This document shows positions 43,109 through 55,058 of a stretch of DNA of 64,000 nucleotides, piece by piece (position 1 is the stretch's first letter; each line of letters opens with the position of its first letter). The notes under the pieces are model-generated. The model was not told the origin of the DNA and searched no databases. It worked only from the letters and a program-made list of their open reading frames with translations. Origin of the DNA: Pseudogymnoascus verrucosus. Taxonomy: Eukaryota. A program made the translations under genes and the position numbers. The DNA lies in the NCBI GenBank assembly GCA_001662655.1, contig KV460234.1; one strand, 5' to 3'.

Positions 43109-44286
43109 GATTGCCAGCACAGAATAGCCAAAGTATCACAACAGATGCAATTGGGATACAGAAATGATTTTGGAGATCGTCGACGTATATAAATGCATAT
43201 AGGTGAACGGAAGCTCACATGTATATTGCCCTATCAACAACATGCAGCACGTTTTCGTGTCTCTCTCATGATGATCATGGGCCACAGTTGCGGATCTCGC
43301 ACCCCTTCTAGGCATTGATCGCCGAGGCATCTTTGCTGGCTCCGTTGCGGCTAAGCTGTATGCGGCAGCTACTGAGACATAAACCATGGGTAAATGCTAT
43401 CGTTGCCTGGTGACAAGCAAAGGAAGTGGGGGATCTCGGTGTGTTGACGATGGGGAATCTCAAACGCAGGGATTAGTTCTGCGTTTGTTTCTTCGCTGTC
43501 CCCGCATCCCGTGTTTAACCTGCCTCATTCCGACAAGTGGGTGTAACGGGTAGCGGCACGCCAACGAATTGGCTTTCTCAAGCGGCATTGGCAAAGGCTT
43601 GAATTAGGGAGGCGGTAACTAATTGTCTGTGCATGCGGACATCCAACGCCTGCGTTGACTTTTGCGCTGAATATTGCGCCTTCGTGGCTGTACAGCGATC
43701 ATCGTCGTTCGCTACATCGGGAAAGTCGCTGGTTGGCGGGAGTCTCGGTCTTTCCGCGCAATAGGACGGGATGACGAAATGATGCATTCCCACCCACTAA
43801 TTATACAACGAATCGGCCAATAGGTTGAAAAGACAAACCGACCTTCCTAATTAGTCCAAAAATTGAAGGTATTCGGAAGCTTGTCTATGGCAGCGTCACG
43901 ACCATGAATGCTTGGTGAATGCCTAGTCTTTGGTATAATACTGCAAAGTTACCCCGGTTTACTACCATCTCAGCCCAAGTAGGGCTGTCAGACTTGCTGG
44001 CCGCAAATAGCCATGAAGGACATTGAGAATTTCCAAAGAGATGCTGTGCTGCAAAGTGCCAAGCTGGCTGAGTAACGATGCGAGTGACTCACAATATATG
44101 AAGTTATTTTTTCCAATTTGTTCGTTATAATGCAAGTCAACATCCATAACATCAGTGCAATGCAATCTGTCTGCACTTTAAATCCCCCATGCCGATAATG
44201 AGACTGAGAGGCATTTGCTTTACGAAAGCTTGACAAGAAGTCAAGAACCGACCGACTCCTTACACCATCCCCCGCACGATATCAAC

Positions 44287-44835
44287 ATGAGCAAAATATC
44301 GGAAGAGTGGGTATCATCGGCGCCAGGTGCCTCCGGGCGCAAGCTAATCCAGGTCCCGCTTCCCGTGTTGGAAGCCCTCGCAAACGGGGACCTTGAGTCT
44401 GCTAACAGCCTCTCCCCGCACCACCTAACGCCGTATCTCATCTCCAGCGAGTGCCGCGGCGTGTGGGGCATGCGGCGTGACCAGGTCACTGCTGACCCTG
44501 GGGATGGCGTTTGGGTGACTCGGCTTCTCGTGGACATGGCGACTGGCGCTGTGGTAGGTCGTGCGGGGTTCCATGGGCCGCCGGACCAGGTGGGGATGGT
44601 TGAGATAGGCTATGCCATTGATCATTTGTGTCGACGGCAGGGACATGCGCGGGCTGCACTTGAGATCCTCCTCGATATTGCTGCGGGAGACTCGCGCGTG
44701 AATGTCGTTCGTGCGTCAGTTCGGCCAGACAATCTGCCATCGAGGGCGCTGATTGATCAGTATGGGTTTACTGTGGTGGGCGAGCAATGGGACGATGAAG
44801 ATGGACTTGAAGTGGTTCTGGAACTCTTGTTGTGA
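44287..44835 (+). CDS. GNAT acetyltransferase (RimJ/RimL-like), intronless
   Basis: VGRAGFHGPPD, VEIGY, RRQGHA (acetyl-CoA motif A), N.PS..L...GF. Confidence 0.88.
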   Translation: MSKISEEWVSSAPGASGRKLIQVPLPVLEALANGDLESANSLSPHHLTPYLISSECRGVWGMRRDQVTADPGDGVWVTRLLVDMATGAVVGRAGFHGPPDQVGMVEIGYAIDHLCRRQGHARAALEILLDIAAGDSRVNVVRASVRPDNLPSRALIDQYGFTVVGEQWDDEDGLEVVLELLL

Positions 44836-45560
44836 TGAAGGGATCATCATGGAGTTGGAGAGCGACATGGAATCTCGGCGAGTCATTGACCGGCTCGGTG
44901 CCTCATCAGAGCCGTTCCACTTTCGGAAACAGATGGCATTATCGATTCTCGGGGCATCTGAGTGGACCCTAGGCGGTATCTCGACGATGAAAGCGAGTAG
45001 TTTACCTTCTAAATGGAACTGATTACCACAAAAATACTCTTTCGGTAACTCCATGTTCACGAGAATCTTCCTTAGCTTGTCGGACCCTAAAGGTCCAGAC
45101 ATCGCGAAAGCTCCATTGATCTTTGTTTTCTGCAGTGGGTGAACAACAAAGGCAAATTCATCTTTATTTACAAACAGTGAAGAAATCCGTTCCTGGGAGG
45201 GATGCAACATGTGGCAACCGGATGCAAAGGTAGATCTTACAATACTGACAAGTCAAGCAATCCAACACAATGTCATCCCGACGAGAGATATCGGAGGTGT
45301 TCCCTCGAACAATCGCTAATCTTACACGGCGGGAAGAGATTATCCTGCGGCACCATGACCGAGCACGGAGACGACTCCAGGCACGAGCAAGAAGCGGGAG
45401 AGATTCTGTGGAAACTGGCAATAGAGCTCGAACAGCCAATAACAGGGGCGTTCGATTTGGTCAGAGCAGGATTCCAGGAGACTAGAGGCAAGGTATGAAG
45501 AGAATTCACAGTCCCCAGAGCCCGTAGTCTCGCACAGGATCGTGGGAGGAGACGTGGATG

Positions 45561-46511
45561 TTAACGAGGATCTGATGTTCGATCGATTGCCTGCCCATTT
45601 AAAGGCCACGCGTTCTCGTCGTGAACGCTCCCTCGCACAGGCTGGGGTCGCTGGGGCTCGCCATCGCCGAGAACTTCTATTTGAAACTCCTGTGGCGCTG
45701 ACTGCCAGTAAAACGGATTTTTCGGGCCCTCCACATTGCCTCGATTGAAAAATGTGTTCTGCATACCTAGGAGGGAGGTGAATTCTGCTACCAGTTGATC
45801 GAGGGGCCGGTTTGTTATTCTCTCGAGTATAACCATCAAGGACATGAAGTTCAGGTCGGAGTACCGGAACTTGCTTCCCGGTGGATTTGTCAGCCCTTGG
45901 GTGACAATGGCCTTTATCTTCTCTTCATATGTCGGGTATATCTCAGAAAACAAAGAGGGCACAGGATCGGAAGCGAAGCCGCTCGTGTGGGTAAGCAGCA
46001 TTAGGATGGTAATGTTTGACTTGCCATTTACGGCGAACTCAGGCACGTATCTCGTCACCGTCTCATTCAATTGCAACGTTCCTGAGTCTATCTCTCGTAA
46101 AGTCGCAACGGTGATGTACATCTTAGTCAGGCTGGCCAGGTCGTAAATGGTATCGAGGTCGGCCGCCTCCTGTAGATGAGGCGGCAGCAACGTGCCATTG
46201 GCGTCCGCATACAGATTCTTCTTGCCGAACGCAAAGGCGCTGACAATGGTATTCTTGTGGCCGACAAGAACAGTTCCACCGGGCTCGATTGGATTAATCG
46301 CATCGAAAGAGAACCTGCCGTAGTCGGCCGGGGTGGTGTATGCTGTCAAATTGGCGATCATCTGCTGCAGAGGCAGAGGATCCATACCTACGGACTCTGG
46401 GGTACTGTAGCTAAGTATATTGCCATGATTAGCGCTCTTGGCAGCGGTAGGGTTTGCCGTCGTTTGGATAAGCACGAGGCTCGTAGAAGCAACTATGCTG
46501 AACAATCTCAT
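45561..46511 (-). CDS. Secreted beta-lactamase-fold serine hydrolase (AmiE/YbbE-like); appears 3'-truncated
   Basis: Signal peptide; YDLASLTK (SxxK), LLTHTSGF, YSDLNF, RGSVHDENAW; the expected GHAGLFS...HTG C-terminal third is absent. Confidence 0.8.
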   Translation of the reverse strand: MRLFSIVASTSLVLIQTTANPTAAKSANHGNILSYSTPESVGMDPLPLQQMIANLTAYTTPADYGRFSFDAINPIEPGGTVLVGHKNTIVSAFAFGKKNLYADANGTLLPPHLQEAADLDTIYDLASLTKMYITVATLREIDSGTLQLNETVTRYVPEFAVNGKSNITILMLLTHTSGFASDPVPSLFSEIYPTYEEKIKAIVTQGLTNPPGSKFRYSDLNFMSLMVILERITNRPLDQLVAEFTSLLGMQNTFFNRGNVEGPKNPFYWQSAPQEFQIEVLGDGEPQRPQPVRGSVHDENAWPLNGQAIDRTSDPR

Positions 46512-47171
46512 GTTGGTTTGGAGCCTAAAGCGTTTGTGATCGGTCGCTCAAACGTATGGGACTAAGCCTATGAGATAGGATTGAGACTCACGCAGTGGCA
46601 GCGGCCAGATATAAATATTCAAAGCTGGGAAGAACGATTCCTCTATTTTTACCTACATTAAGCGTCCCATTGGCACGACCTATCTATCTCCCTGCAGGAC
46701 CCCTCATTTCACTATCATAATTGAATATCATTAATACGAAGTAAGCTACAACTATGGCGTTCCTTGAACACTCTGCTCCGAAACTACGAAACTCCAATGA
46801 GTGCTCGAGTTTCATTGGCCTGTTAACATTGTCTACCCCACTTCCTTCTACATTCTCCGCTAGTTCATTCTCCGATGTCGTTCTTTGATTGTTTGCTCAG
46901 ACTCCGAATATACTAGACTAGCCACAATCTAGTCTAGCCTAGTTTTTTTAGTATGAAGTTTTGTATGTAGCGAACTGCGAGCTCCGAACTGCGACGTAGT
47001 ATGCACTAAAGCTACAAAAGGTAAAGCAGTACGTACTAAAACTGCGAACTGTAAACTTGTGGTTGGCAGGTTTAGGCAATACGAATATTTGAGATTAACT
47101 CAAGTTACCATCCACTGAGTAACCAACTTGCACTTGCTGAGTAGTTGATTAAGGGAATATACTTCACCAAG

Positions 47172-48426
47172 ATGCCTCAGCCCGAAACCATTGTAGTTGT
47201 CGGGTACGTGTTCCGCTATACTCTTCACTTACTCCCTCCCTTTCGTTCCCAGCCTTGATCTTGTCAAGAACTGTGCTGACTAATCTCTCCGTTAGAGCTG
47301 GAGTGATCGGCCTTAGCACTGCTCTGTGTATTCAGCAGCATTTGACGCCCTTGCAATCGGTCGTCATCGTTGCTCGGGATTTTCCCAATACCACTTCAAT
47401 CAATTATGCCACTCCTTGGGCAGGTGCCCATTATCGCCCTGTACCTGGCCAAACTCCCCAAATAGTCCAGGAGGCAGCCTGGGCAAAACGAACGTACGAC
47501 GTATTCCAACACATCGCCGCTGAAGAGCCCGCTGCGAGTGGTGTGCAGTTTTTGCCTGGAGAGGAGTATTTGCAGAAGCCGCCACCGGAGTATCTGGATG
47601 CGGTGGCGGATGTTTCGAAGAGCGCTTATGGGCATCTTCAGGGGGGGTTCGAGCGACTCAGCCTCGATGAGATTCAAAATTCTGCTGTGCGTCTAGGCAT
47701 TCGGTACTGGACGTACTGCGTTAACTCGCCCGTGTACGCAGCATATTTGTTACGGAAGTTTGTCCTCAAAGGCGGCCGGACTAGAGGATATACGCTGGCT
47801 GCGCTAGACGAAGCCTTTTTGTTAGAGCCGAATGTGACTACAGTGGTTAATTGTTCTGGTATGGGCTTTGGAGATCCGAAGTCGTTCATCATTAGAGGTA
47901 TGTTCCGTCCCTTAACTTGCCTGGTTGGTGTATCTGCAAGCGTCATCAGTGGAAACTAATTTTGCTCGCAGGTCAAACTTGTCTTGTCCGCAACAGCTGC
48001 TCGAAGACCATCACCCATCAAAATTCCGATGGATCCTGGTCATTCGCGATCCCTCGGCCGCTCGAGGGTGGTACTATCATTGGTGGCACCAAACAGCCCC
48101 ATGATTGGAATCCGAACCCCATGCCGGAAATCCGACAGACTTTATTGTCAAACGCAGCAAAGTGGTTTCCTTTTGCCTCTAGTACGCCACAGACCTTTGA
48201 TGTAGTTAGGGACATTGTGGGACGCCGGCCAGCGCGGGAGGGCGGGTTTAGGCTCGAAGCTGAAACTATTGGTGTGGTAGGTGCAGATGGATGTAATAGA
48301 ACTCGTAATGTTATCCATGCGTATGGCATTGGAGGCAGAGGAGTCGAATTATCTTGGGGGATTGCTGAGGATGTCGCAGGATTATTGCTGGGGAAGGGAA
48401 TAATAACGGAGAAGGCATTGTTGTAG
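47172..48426 (+). CDS. dao: FAD-dependent D-amino-acid / D-aspartate oxidase (introns 47204-47295, 47898-47971)
   Basis: VVG-AGVIG Rossmann motif, WAGA, VVNCSG.G, RGQ, GRRPAR, HAYGIGGRG.ELSWG. Confidence 0.9.
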
Positions 48427-48750
48427 TCTATTGAAAGCATTGAGCAAGAGGTTTTGGATTGCAACTCGATGCTACTGTTATGGATTTAAACTCATGAGAT
48501 CTAGTGCCTAATTCCTTCTCTAATTGTCTGGCAAAGGGTTACAGTTATCAAAAGCTATTCTGTTTGCCGTTGTGGAGTGGATCTACGGCTTGTGGTGTAC
48601 CTCTAGGATAGAAATAAATACGGCACCTTACTTACGTCTTATTTTAATAACAATTTAAACCATAAATGACAGTGTATGATTACATTGAAATTATACAAAT
48701 GGAAACTGAATCCGATTGCTAGTACAATCCACGTATGGACATGCTATTAT

Positions 48751-50868
48751 CTAAATCTTTGGGGAGATGCCAAGTTTCTCATCCTCGGTGACAGCCAGAA
48801 GAGAACCCTTAGACTTTTCCAGCACCGTATCTGTGACGATATTACCCGATACTTCTGTCGTCAGATGATAGTCACCGCTCTTACTGAGTGTGTACTCTTC
48901 CTTGTCAATGTGGCGGAACGTAAAGTAGAATACAACAGTAAGGATTCCTCCTGCGATACATGGTCCACCAAAATCCCAGGTTAAGTAGGGGTCCTTTATC
49001 ACTGACGAGCAAGCCAGGCCAATAATATATGCGATTGAAGTGTTGAAGAGATTGAGGGCCATGACCAAGCCTCTCATATTCTTTGGGGCACGAGAGTAAG
49101 CTATACCATAGGCCGGAATATTGATAAATAGCTCAGAGATACCACCAATGGCATATGGCAGTGCTATCCACTAATATTTTGTCAGCAGGGCATTCTGTAG
49201 TGCACTATGATTCCTGATAAAACAAGGATACATACCCAGATAGTAATAGGAGCAACCAAAGAGACGCCATTCGCATCAACGCAGGTATTGCTCGTACCAA
49301 ACTCTTTGCACGGTCCCAACTTGTATGCATAGTAGTTAAGCAAAGTGTATCCCATGCCGCCTATTGTGGACATAGCGAGGCCAGTAGTGATACGAGCGAC
49401 TGGGCCATAATGGATATTCTGGCGGCGTAACAGTGGGTAGAGTCCATAGTTAATAATTGGAGCAAATAAGATAATACTCAATGAATTAAAGTTGCTGATA
49501 ACATCGTTGGGTACCCCATTAGTCGTCAACATTGTCGACAAAAAGCTCGCAGCCTGGCCAATACCATTATCATTAAGATACTGGATCGGGAAGAAACTGA
49601 AAATGCCCGCAGCTTGGAATGTACGGCGAACATCGTCAACAAATTCATCATTCCACCTAGTAGGGATATTGAGTCCACGGGTCGCAATAACGGACGGCTT
49701 AGCAGATTCCCAAAATCCGCGTCTTCCTATCTTCATGATACCACCGTGCCTTAGACAAATGCCCAGCACACGGAAGACATTAGGAAGGTCGCTGCCTCCT
49801 GGTGGGAAGAGAATGAGACGTTTGCGGATCCAAAACTGTAGGAAGATCAGTTTCAGTACATATAGCATCTAGACTAAAATTTAAAGATTTCAAAGTGACT
49901 AAATTTAAGCCATCGGGCAGACAAAGGAGAGAAGGGACGTACCATTAGAAAAGGAAGCGGAAGATACAAGAAAAGTGGCAGTACAAACGCCAACCACCAT
50001 CCTACATACTTCTCTGAGTATGCAGTAGCCACTGCCATCATTCCGCCAATATTAATCATGAGGTAAAACCAGGTCATGGTTCTCTCCGTAGTTGCCTCAG
50101 GATCAATAATGACCCTTTCGCCGCTTTTTAAGACCTTTATCTTGGGTACCGTATGAGGGTTTTGATCAAGAAGTAGCGGCGCGATATTTGGTTTGAACAT
50201 AGCTGCAGGGCCAAAGTCAATACTAGTGCATATATGGGGAAGAAGCTTCATACCAGTGCCGATAGACAGAATATATACAGAAATGAAGAATGGGATTTTA
50301 GCACCACCGCTAGCCAAAAGTGATGGCGCAGTAGAGCCGACCATTAACACATGGGCGATGCCAAAAACAAGAATGCCCCAGCAAATAAGCTTGAAGCGTC
50401 CGGTATACACATCCGATATGTAGCCAAAGATAAGCGGAAGACCATACGCCAACATGCTGAACGACTGATTTACAGCGTTCGCCTTGACTGTCCCTAGACC
50501 GAGTGCTCCGGCAGTTTGCTGAGTTCCGCGTGGGGGGGCGCCATAACCATTTCCACTTACAGGCATTGGCCGATTAATAAAATTGCTGATCAAAGATGAG
50601 ATGCCGTAGTAGGATGCACGTTCAGCGAATTCGATAGCGCAAAGAAAGTAGGCCGCGACAGGAAGGCTTCCGGGCACACGGCGAAGGGTGGCCTTCTCCT
50701 CTTCCGTAGGAATGTCTCCGTGCTCGTCAATTGTCACATCAAAAACTTGGACATCGCCAGACGAAGATGTCCCCTTCTCATCAACAAATTGGTCAATATC
50801 TTTGGTAGCTGTGGATTGTCAGGAAATATTTCTCCGCGGGGACGTTTAAGTCACGAAAGCTCACCCAT
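48751..50868 (-). CDS. ptr2: POT/PTR2 di-/tripeptide transporter (4-nt first coding exon)
   Basis: EFAERASYY (ExxER), FYLMINIG, YSRAPKNMRG; ATGG|gtgagc...cag|CTACC gives MATKDIDQF. Confidence 0.93.
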
Positions 50869-51310
50869 TACAACGTCTTCGATATGGAAGAGGATATGTC
50901 TAAAGATGCATGTTCTGAATGGCGACTAGAAGCTATATAAGTTGTCTGGTTGAGTGTATCCCCTGCTATAGATACAGATACGAAGGGACACCTGCCAGGA
51001 CTCTCGCTGTATTAGGAAGGTGAACTGTATTTCGGAGACTGCGTAATCTATACCATAGTAAAAGAGTATGGTAAGGAGCTAAATAGTAACTATCTAGCTA
51101 TCATTGTGCCTTTTCACTAGCGGTCAGACTATGGGTTTGGAATGACACCTCTAGTAGTCGGATCGGGTATCATTTACGGCCCTTGTTGTTTAAATTGGTG
51201 CTAAAAGGAGCTTGGGTCTAGATTTTGCCGGGGTAATATGCAAAAAGTTACACTTGTAACTCGTAGCACAAGAATTCCCCGAGTTATGAAACCTAGATGG
51301 GCGTTTAAGT

Positions 51311-51400
51311 CAGCAATCCTGGTCCGCCGGAGCTCATAATCCTGGTTCGGAGCTGCTTATCCTAGTGTCGGAGCTGACAATCCTGGCTCGGAGCTAGTAA
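51311..51400 (+). repeat. Tandem array of four ~20-bp units AATCCTGG(N)TCGGAGCT in the ptr2 / NlpC-P60 divergent promoter
   Basis: aatcctggtccgccggagct, aatcctggttcggagct, tatcctagtgtcggagct, aatcctggctcggagct. Confidence 0.9.
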
Positions 51401-51598
51401 CTGGAATTCACACTTTGGCAACCAGATAAGGAATGACAAGATTATTCCAACTAACAATATCTTTAGTATCGGAGCTATATTCGACCTCTTAAAGTTGCAA
51501 GTGACAAGAACCAACAAGTAATAAATACCATCTAATGGTCGTCGTTTCTGATTTCATGTCCAGCACCTCAAGCCTAGTTCTAAACAAACAAAACAAAG

Positions 51599-52621
51599 AT
51601 GATCAATATTATTTTCGCTCTCGCTTTGGTTAACCATGTGGTCACCGCACTCCCATCAATAGTTCTTGAGCGTGCGACAGCTGCCAAGCAGGTTGGGTAC
51701 ATCAGCGTCTCAGTTGCAACGCTATGGACCACTTCCAGCAAGCCGCGGCCATTGGTTGATGCACCCGCTCTCACAAACCCAGCCGATATCGACGGTTGGT
51801 TGAGCTCAATGAATGTCAGCCAGTACCTAGATCTCACCGACAAAAGCCGTACCCAGACACAAGCACTTTACGGCGCTCAGGTTGGCATTATCAGCGAACA
51901 GGACGGATGGTATGAGATTGAAGCTATAGGCCAGCCAACACCAAAGGATCCCATTGGCTACCCAGGCTGGGTTCCAACAGCTCAAGTGTCGCTCGACTCT
52001 AGCTACGGCAAGCTACAGTCGAAAAACCCCTTTGCAGCGATCAACAAGGTGGCCACCGCACCACTATACCGCGATGCTCTGATGAAAGAGAAATATCTCG
52101 AAATCTCCTACGACACGCGCCTACCAGTGATAGCACATATTGGTAGACTGATCCAAGTTGCAGTGCCCGGTGGAGGCTCAGCATACCTGTCTGCGAATCA
52201 TGCTACTGTGTACGGCTCAGTTTCAAATATCCCATATCCTACTGGAAATGACCTCGTTAAAGCTGGAAAGCTGTTCCTCGGCCGCCCCTATCTCTGGGGT
52301 GGCGCATCAGGCTTTGCCTTTGACTGCTCTGGGTTAACGCATACTCTATACGATGCACATGGTATCACGATTGCTCGCGACGCAGGCTCCCAGGCGGACT
52401 TCACTGGCCATGGAACAAATGTTGCTCGGTCTGATTTGCAAGCTGGAGATCTTATGTACTATGCCAGCAACATTACCAGTTCAAGTAGCATCTATCATGT
52501 TACAATGTACATCGGGAATAATGAGATGATCGAAGCCCATGGTGCTGGAATACCAGTGAAAATCTCCCCGGTTCGCTTCGGCGACGATTATTGGGGTGCA
52601 CAACGGTTCCTAACCCATTAG
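51599..52621 (+). CDS. Secreted NlpC/P60 (C40) peptidase, YkfC-like gamma-D-glutamyl endopeptidase, intronless
   Basis: Signal peptide; VSVATLWT and TQALYG N-terminal region, GYPGWVP, PYLWGG.SGF.FDCSG (catalytic Cys), RDA..Q, HV.MY.G...MIE. Confidence 0.9.
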   Translation: MINIIFALALVNHVVTALPSIVLERATAAKQVGYISVSVATLWTTSSKPRPLVDAPALTNPADIDGWLSSMNVSQYLDLTDKSRTQTQALYGAQVGIISEQDGWYEIEAIGQPTPKDPIGYPGWVPTAQVSLDSSYGKLQSKNPFAAINKVATAPLYRDALMKEKYLEISYDTRLPVIAHIGRLIQVAVPGGGSAYLSANHATVYGSVSNIPYPTGNDLVKAGKLFLGRPYLWGGASGFAFDCSGLTHTLYDAHGITIARDAGSQADFTGHGTNVARSDLQAGDLMYYASNITSSSSIYHVTMYIGNNEMIEAHGAGIPVKISPVRFGDDYWGAQRFLTH

Positions 52622-53633
52622 ATGTGTTGATATTTCCGGGATTGAAGGGGATTAAGGAATATACTAGTCTTGGTCAGATAGTATATACCATAAATGATGT
52701 TGCTTGGAGAGTTGTTATATATTAGACAATAATATATTGATTCTATTTTTTACAATCTAATCATTCAGTTTTACATTGTCTGTCCCCTTTCGTAATACCT
52801 ACTGCTTATATGACTGTGAGTTTTTCTGAATTAAACGTCACTTCTGGACCGTACCTTACGGAATAGCATATGAAGAAGCATTGTAGTTGTTTTTGGTTAT
52901 GAGGAGAGGTGCGGAATAGCATATGACGGAAGTGTGCATAAGATCACACGTGCCAGACAAACTCCACAGATCCACAAAGGCCTCATTATAATCACTGGGC
53001 TAGTAGTCGACATCACTAAGGGGCATCCGTTTCTCGCTCGAGCAGAAATAGTCCCGCTCCAACTCTTCACACGCAATATTTTTCGTTGAGACATACACCA
53101 ACCACACCTTCAACATCGTGGTCACACAGCTGATAGAGTCTGTCGCCAGTATCATTTTCATTGCTTCCGACACCCCTTAAAAAATCCAAGTGAAGGGATA
53201 GCTTTGAAGCAGGGGTGCACTCGTAGCTGCAAAAGGCCTCTAAAGTGAACAGCCTCTGATAGTAACTTCACAAATGGGTTGGCCCTAAGAGTTTGTGACA
53301 CAGTGGGACTTTTAGCAGATACATCTAGACTAAATCGGAGCAATACTACCGCAATCACGAAAGGCTATGGAAGGCAGCGCAATATCAAGGGTCTCCCCCA
53401 TTGTCCAAAGCGCACTAGTTCGTGCATCTTCATCGCATAATATAACTCAGTTAACATTGCGGGTTTTAGACAATGCTGAACACATCTTTCTGATGAAGAT
53501 GCGCTGCCTCTGCTGTTAATTGGTTACCATGAAAATAAGTATTACAAGGGCTCACTATGATAAGGTCCTCACACCTGCTTCTTTGGCCTTGATTTGATGT
53601 GAATGTTCATTGCCCCTGAGTTGACGATTACAT

Positions 53634-53732
53634 TCCGAACCAGGATTACGAGCTCCGAGCCGGGATTGTTAGCTCCGACACCAGAATTGGCAGCTCCGAA
53701 CCAGGATTACGAGCTCCGGACCAGGTTTGCTG
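53634..53732 (-). repeat. Reverse-complement copy of the 51311-51400 array (five units) upstream of the proline iminopeptidase gene
   Basis: Reverse complement reads aaacctggtccggagct, aatcctggttcggagct, aattctggtgtcggagct, aatcccggctcggagct, aatcctggttcggaa. Confidence 0.9.
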
Positions 53733-53943
53733 GAACCTAAACCCCCCAACTTTGACAGCAGCCTGGAAGATACTCATGCTGATAGCATGGCGTCGTTCCA
53801 TCCTCTGGTTAACGATATTAGAGAGTTATATCCGCAAGCGAGTTCCATATCCAAGTCGATTTTTTTTTCTTCATTATATCTATCCTTTTTCGGTCTTGTT
53901 CCTATGTTAGACAGCATACCAATTCGAATTGCTAAATTTTACA

Positions 53944-55058
53944 ATGGCTTCACCGAGATGCATTCCTGGATACGCCCATGAGGATGCTTTTGATGATGGC
54001 TTCCTTGATGTAAGCTCCATCCATACGTTATATTATTCACAGTATGGCAAGAAGGATGGCAAGCCAGGTAAGTGAACAACTCGTGATAATGTCGCTTTCT
54101 AAAACCTTAACAGTACTCTATCTACATGGTGGTCCTGGCGGACAAACCGGGAAAGCCAATACTGCTTATTTCGACCCTGCTGTCTATCGTGTCGTGCTCT
54201 TCGATCAGCGAGGCGCAGGCAAGTCCACTCCAAATGCAGAACTCCGCGAGAACACGACGGAGTTCATCCTCAGCGATATCGAGGTTCTTCGCAAGCACGT
54301 TGGCATTCCAAAATGGCACTCCGTATTTGGTGGTTCCTGGGGTTCTACGCTGTCGCTACTCTATGCACAAGAGCATCCTGAACTCGTTAGCTCTCTTATC
54401 GTCCAAGGCATTTTTACTGTGCGAAAGGAAGAGCTCGACTGGTCTCGACGTGCTGGGGCGGCGCGCATCTTCCCAGACCTGTTCGATAAGTTCATTGACC
54501 ACTTACCTGAAGAGGACAGAGACACTCCATATACAGGGTATTACAAGCTGCTCACAGCCAGCGATAGGGAGACGCAGATCGCTGCTGCGAGATCGTGGAA
54601 TACGTGGGACATGTCTATAGGAACAATAGAAGTGAACCAAGCTAGCCTCGAAAACATTAATGATGATAATTGGTCACTATCGCATGCATTGCTAGAATGC
54701 CACTATTTTATCAATGGAGCTTGGCTAGAAGATGGCCACATCTTAAAGAAGAGCAATTTGGATAAGATCCGCCACATTCCAAGTATATTATTGCGAAACA
54801 AAGCACTGATTAATGCACTTGCTAACTAAAATACAGTGACAATCATCCAAGGGAGATATGATATTATATGCCCTCCTCAGACTGCCTATGATTTGCATCA
54901 AGGATTACCTGAATCTCGGTTGTGTTGGGTTCCAGACGCAGGCCATTCAGCTAGTGTAAGTGACTTCCACCTTTAAACGACCCTTGTGCTGACATTGTAA
55001 GGAACCCGGAATACACCGCAAATTGATTGAAATTTGTGACGAATACGCCCAGATTTGA
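53944..55058 (+). CDS. pip: Proline iminopeptidase-family (S33) aminopeptidase, cytosolic (3 introns)
   Basis: LHGGPGG, FDQRGAGKS.P, GGSWGS, QGRYD..CP, AGHS; introns 54068-54113, 54783-54836, 54956-55001. Confidence 0.92.

Noticed and set aside
44716..45498. ORFs as the missing C-terminus of the AmiE-like protein
   Set aside because: No GHAGLFS or HTG motif in the translated ORFs
51311..51400. Tandem array as a CRISPR array
   Set aside because: Only ~3-nt linkers rather than unique spacers, no cas genes, and eukaryotic context
52859..52926. 15-bp direct repeat cggaatagcatatga
   Set aside because: Only two copies, no associated feature, and different from the TCGGAG motif
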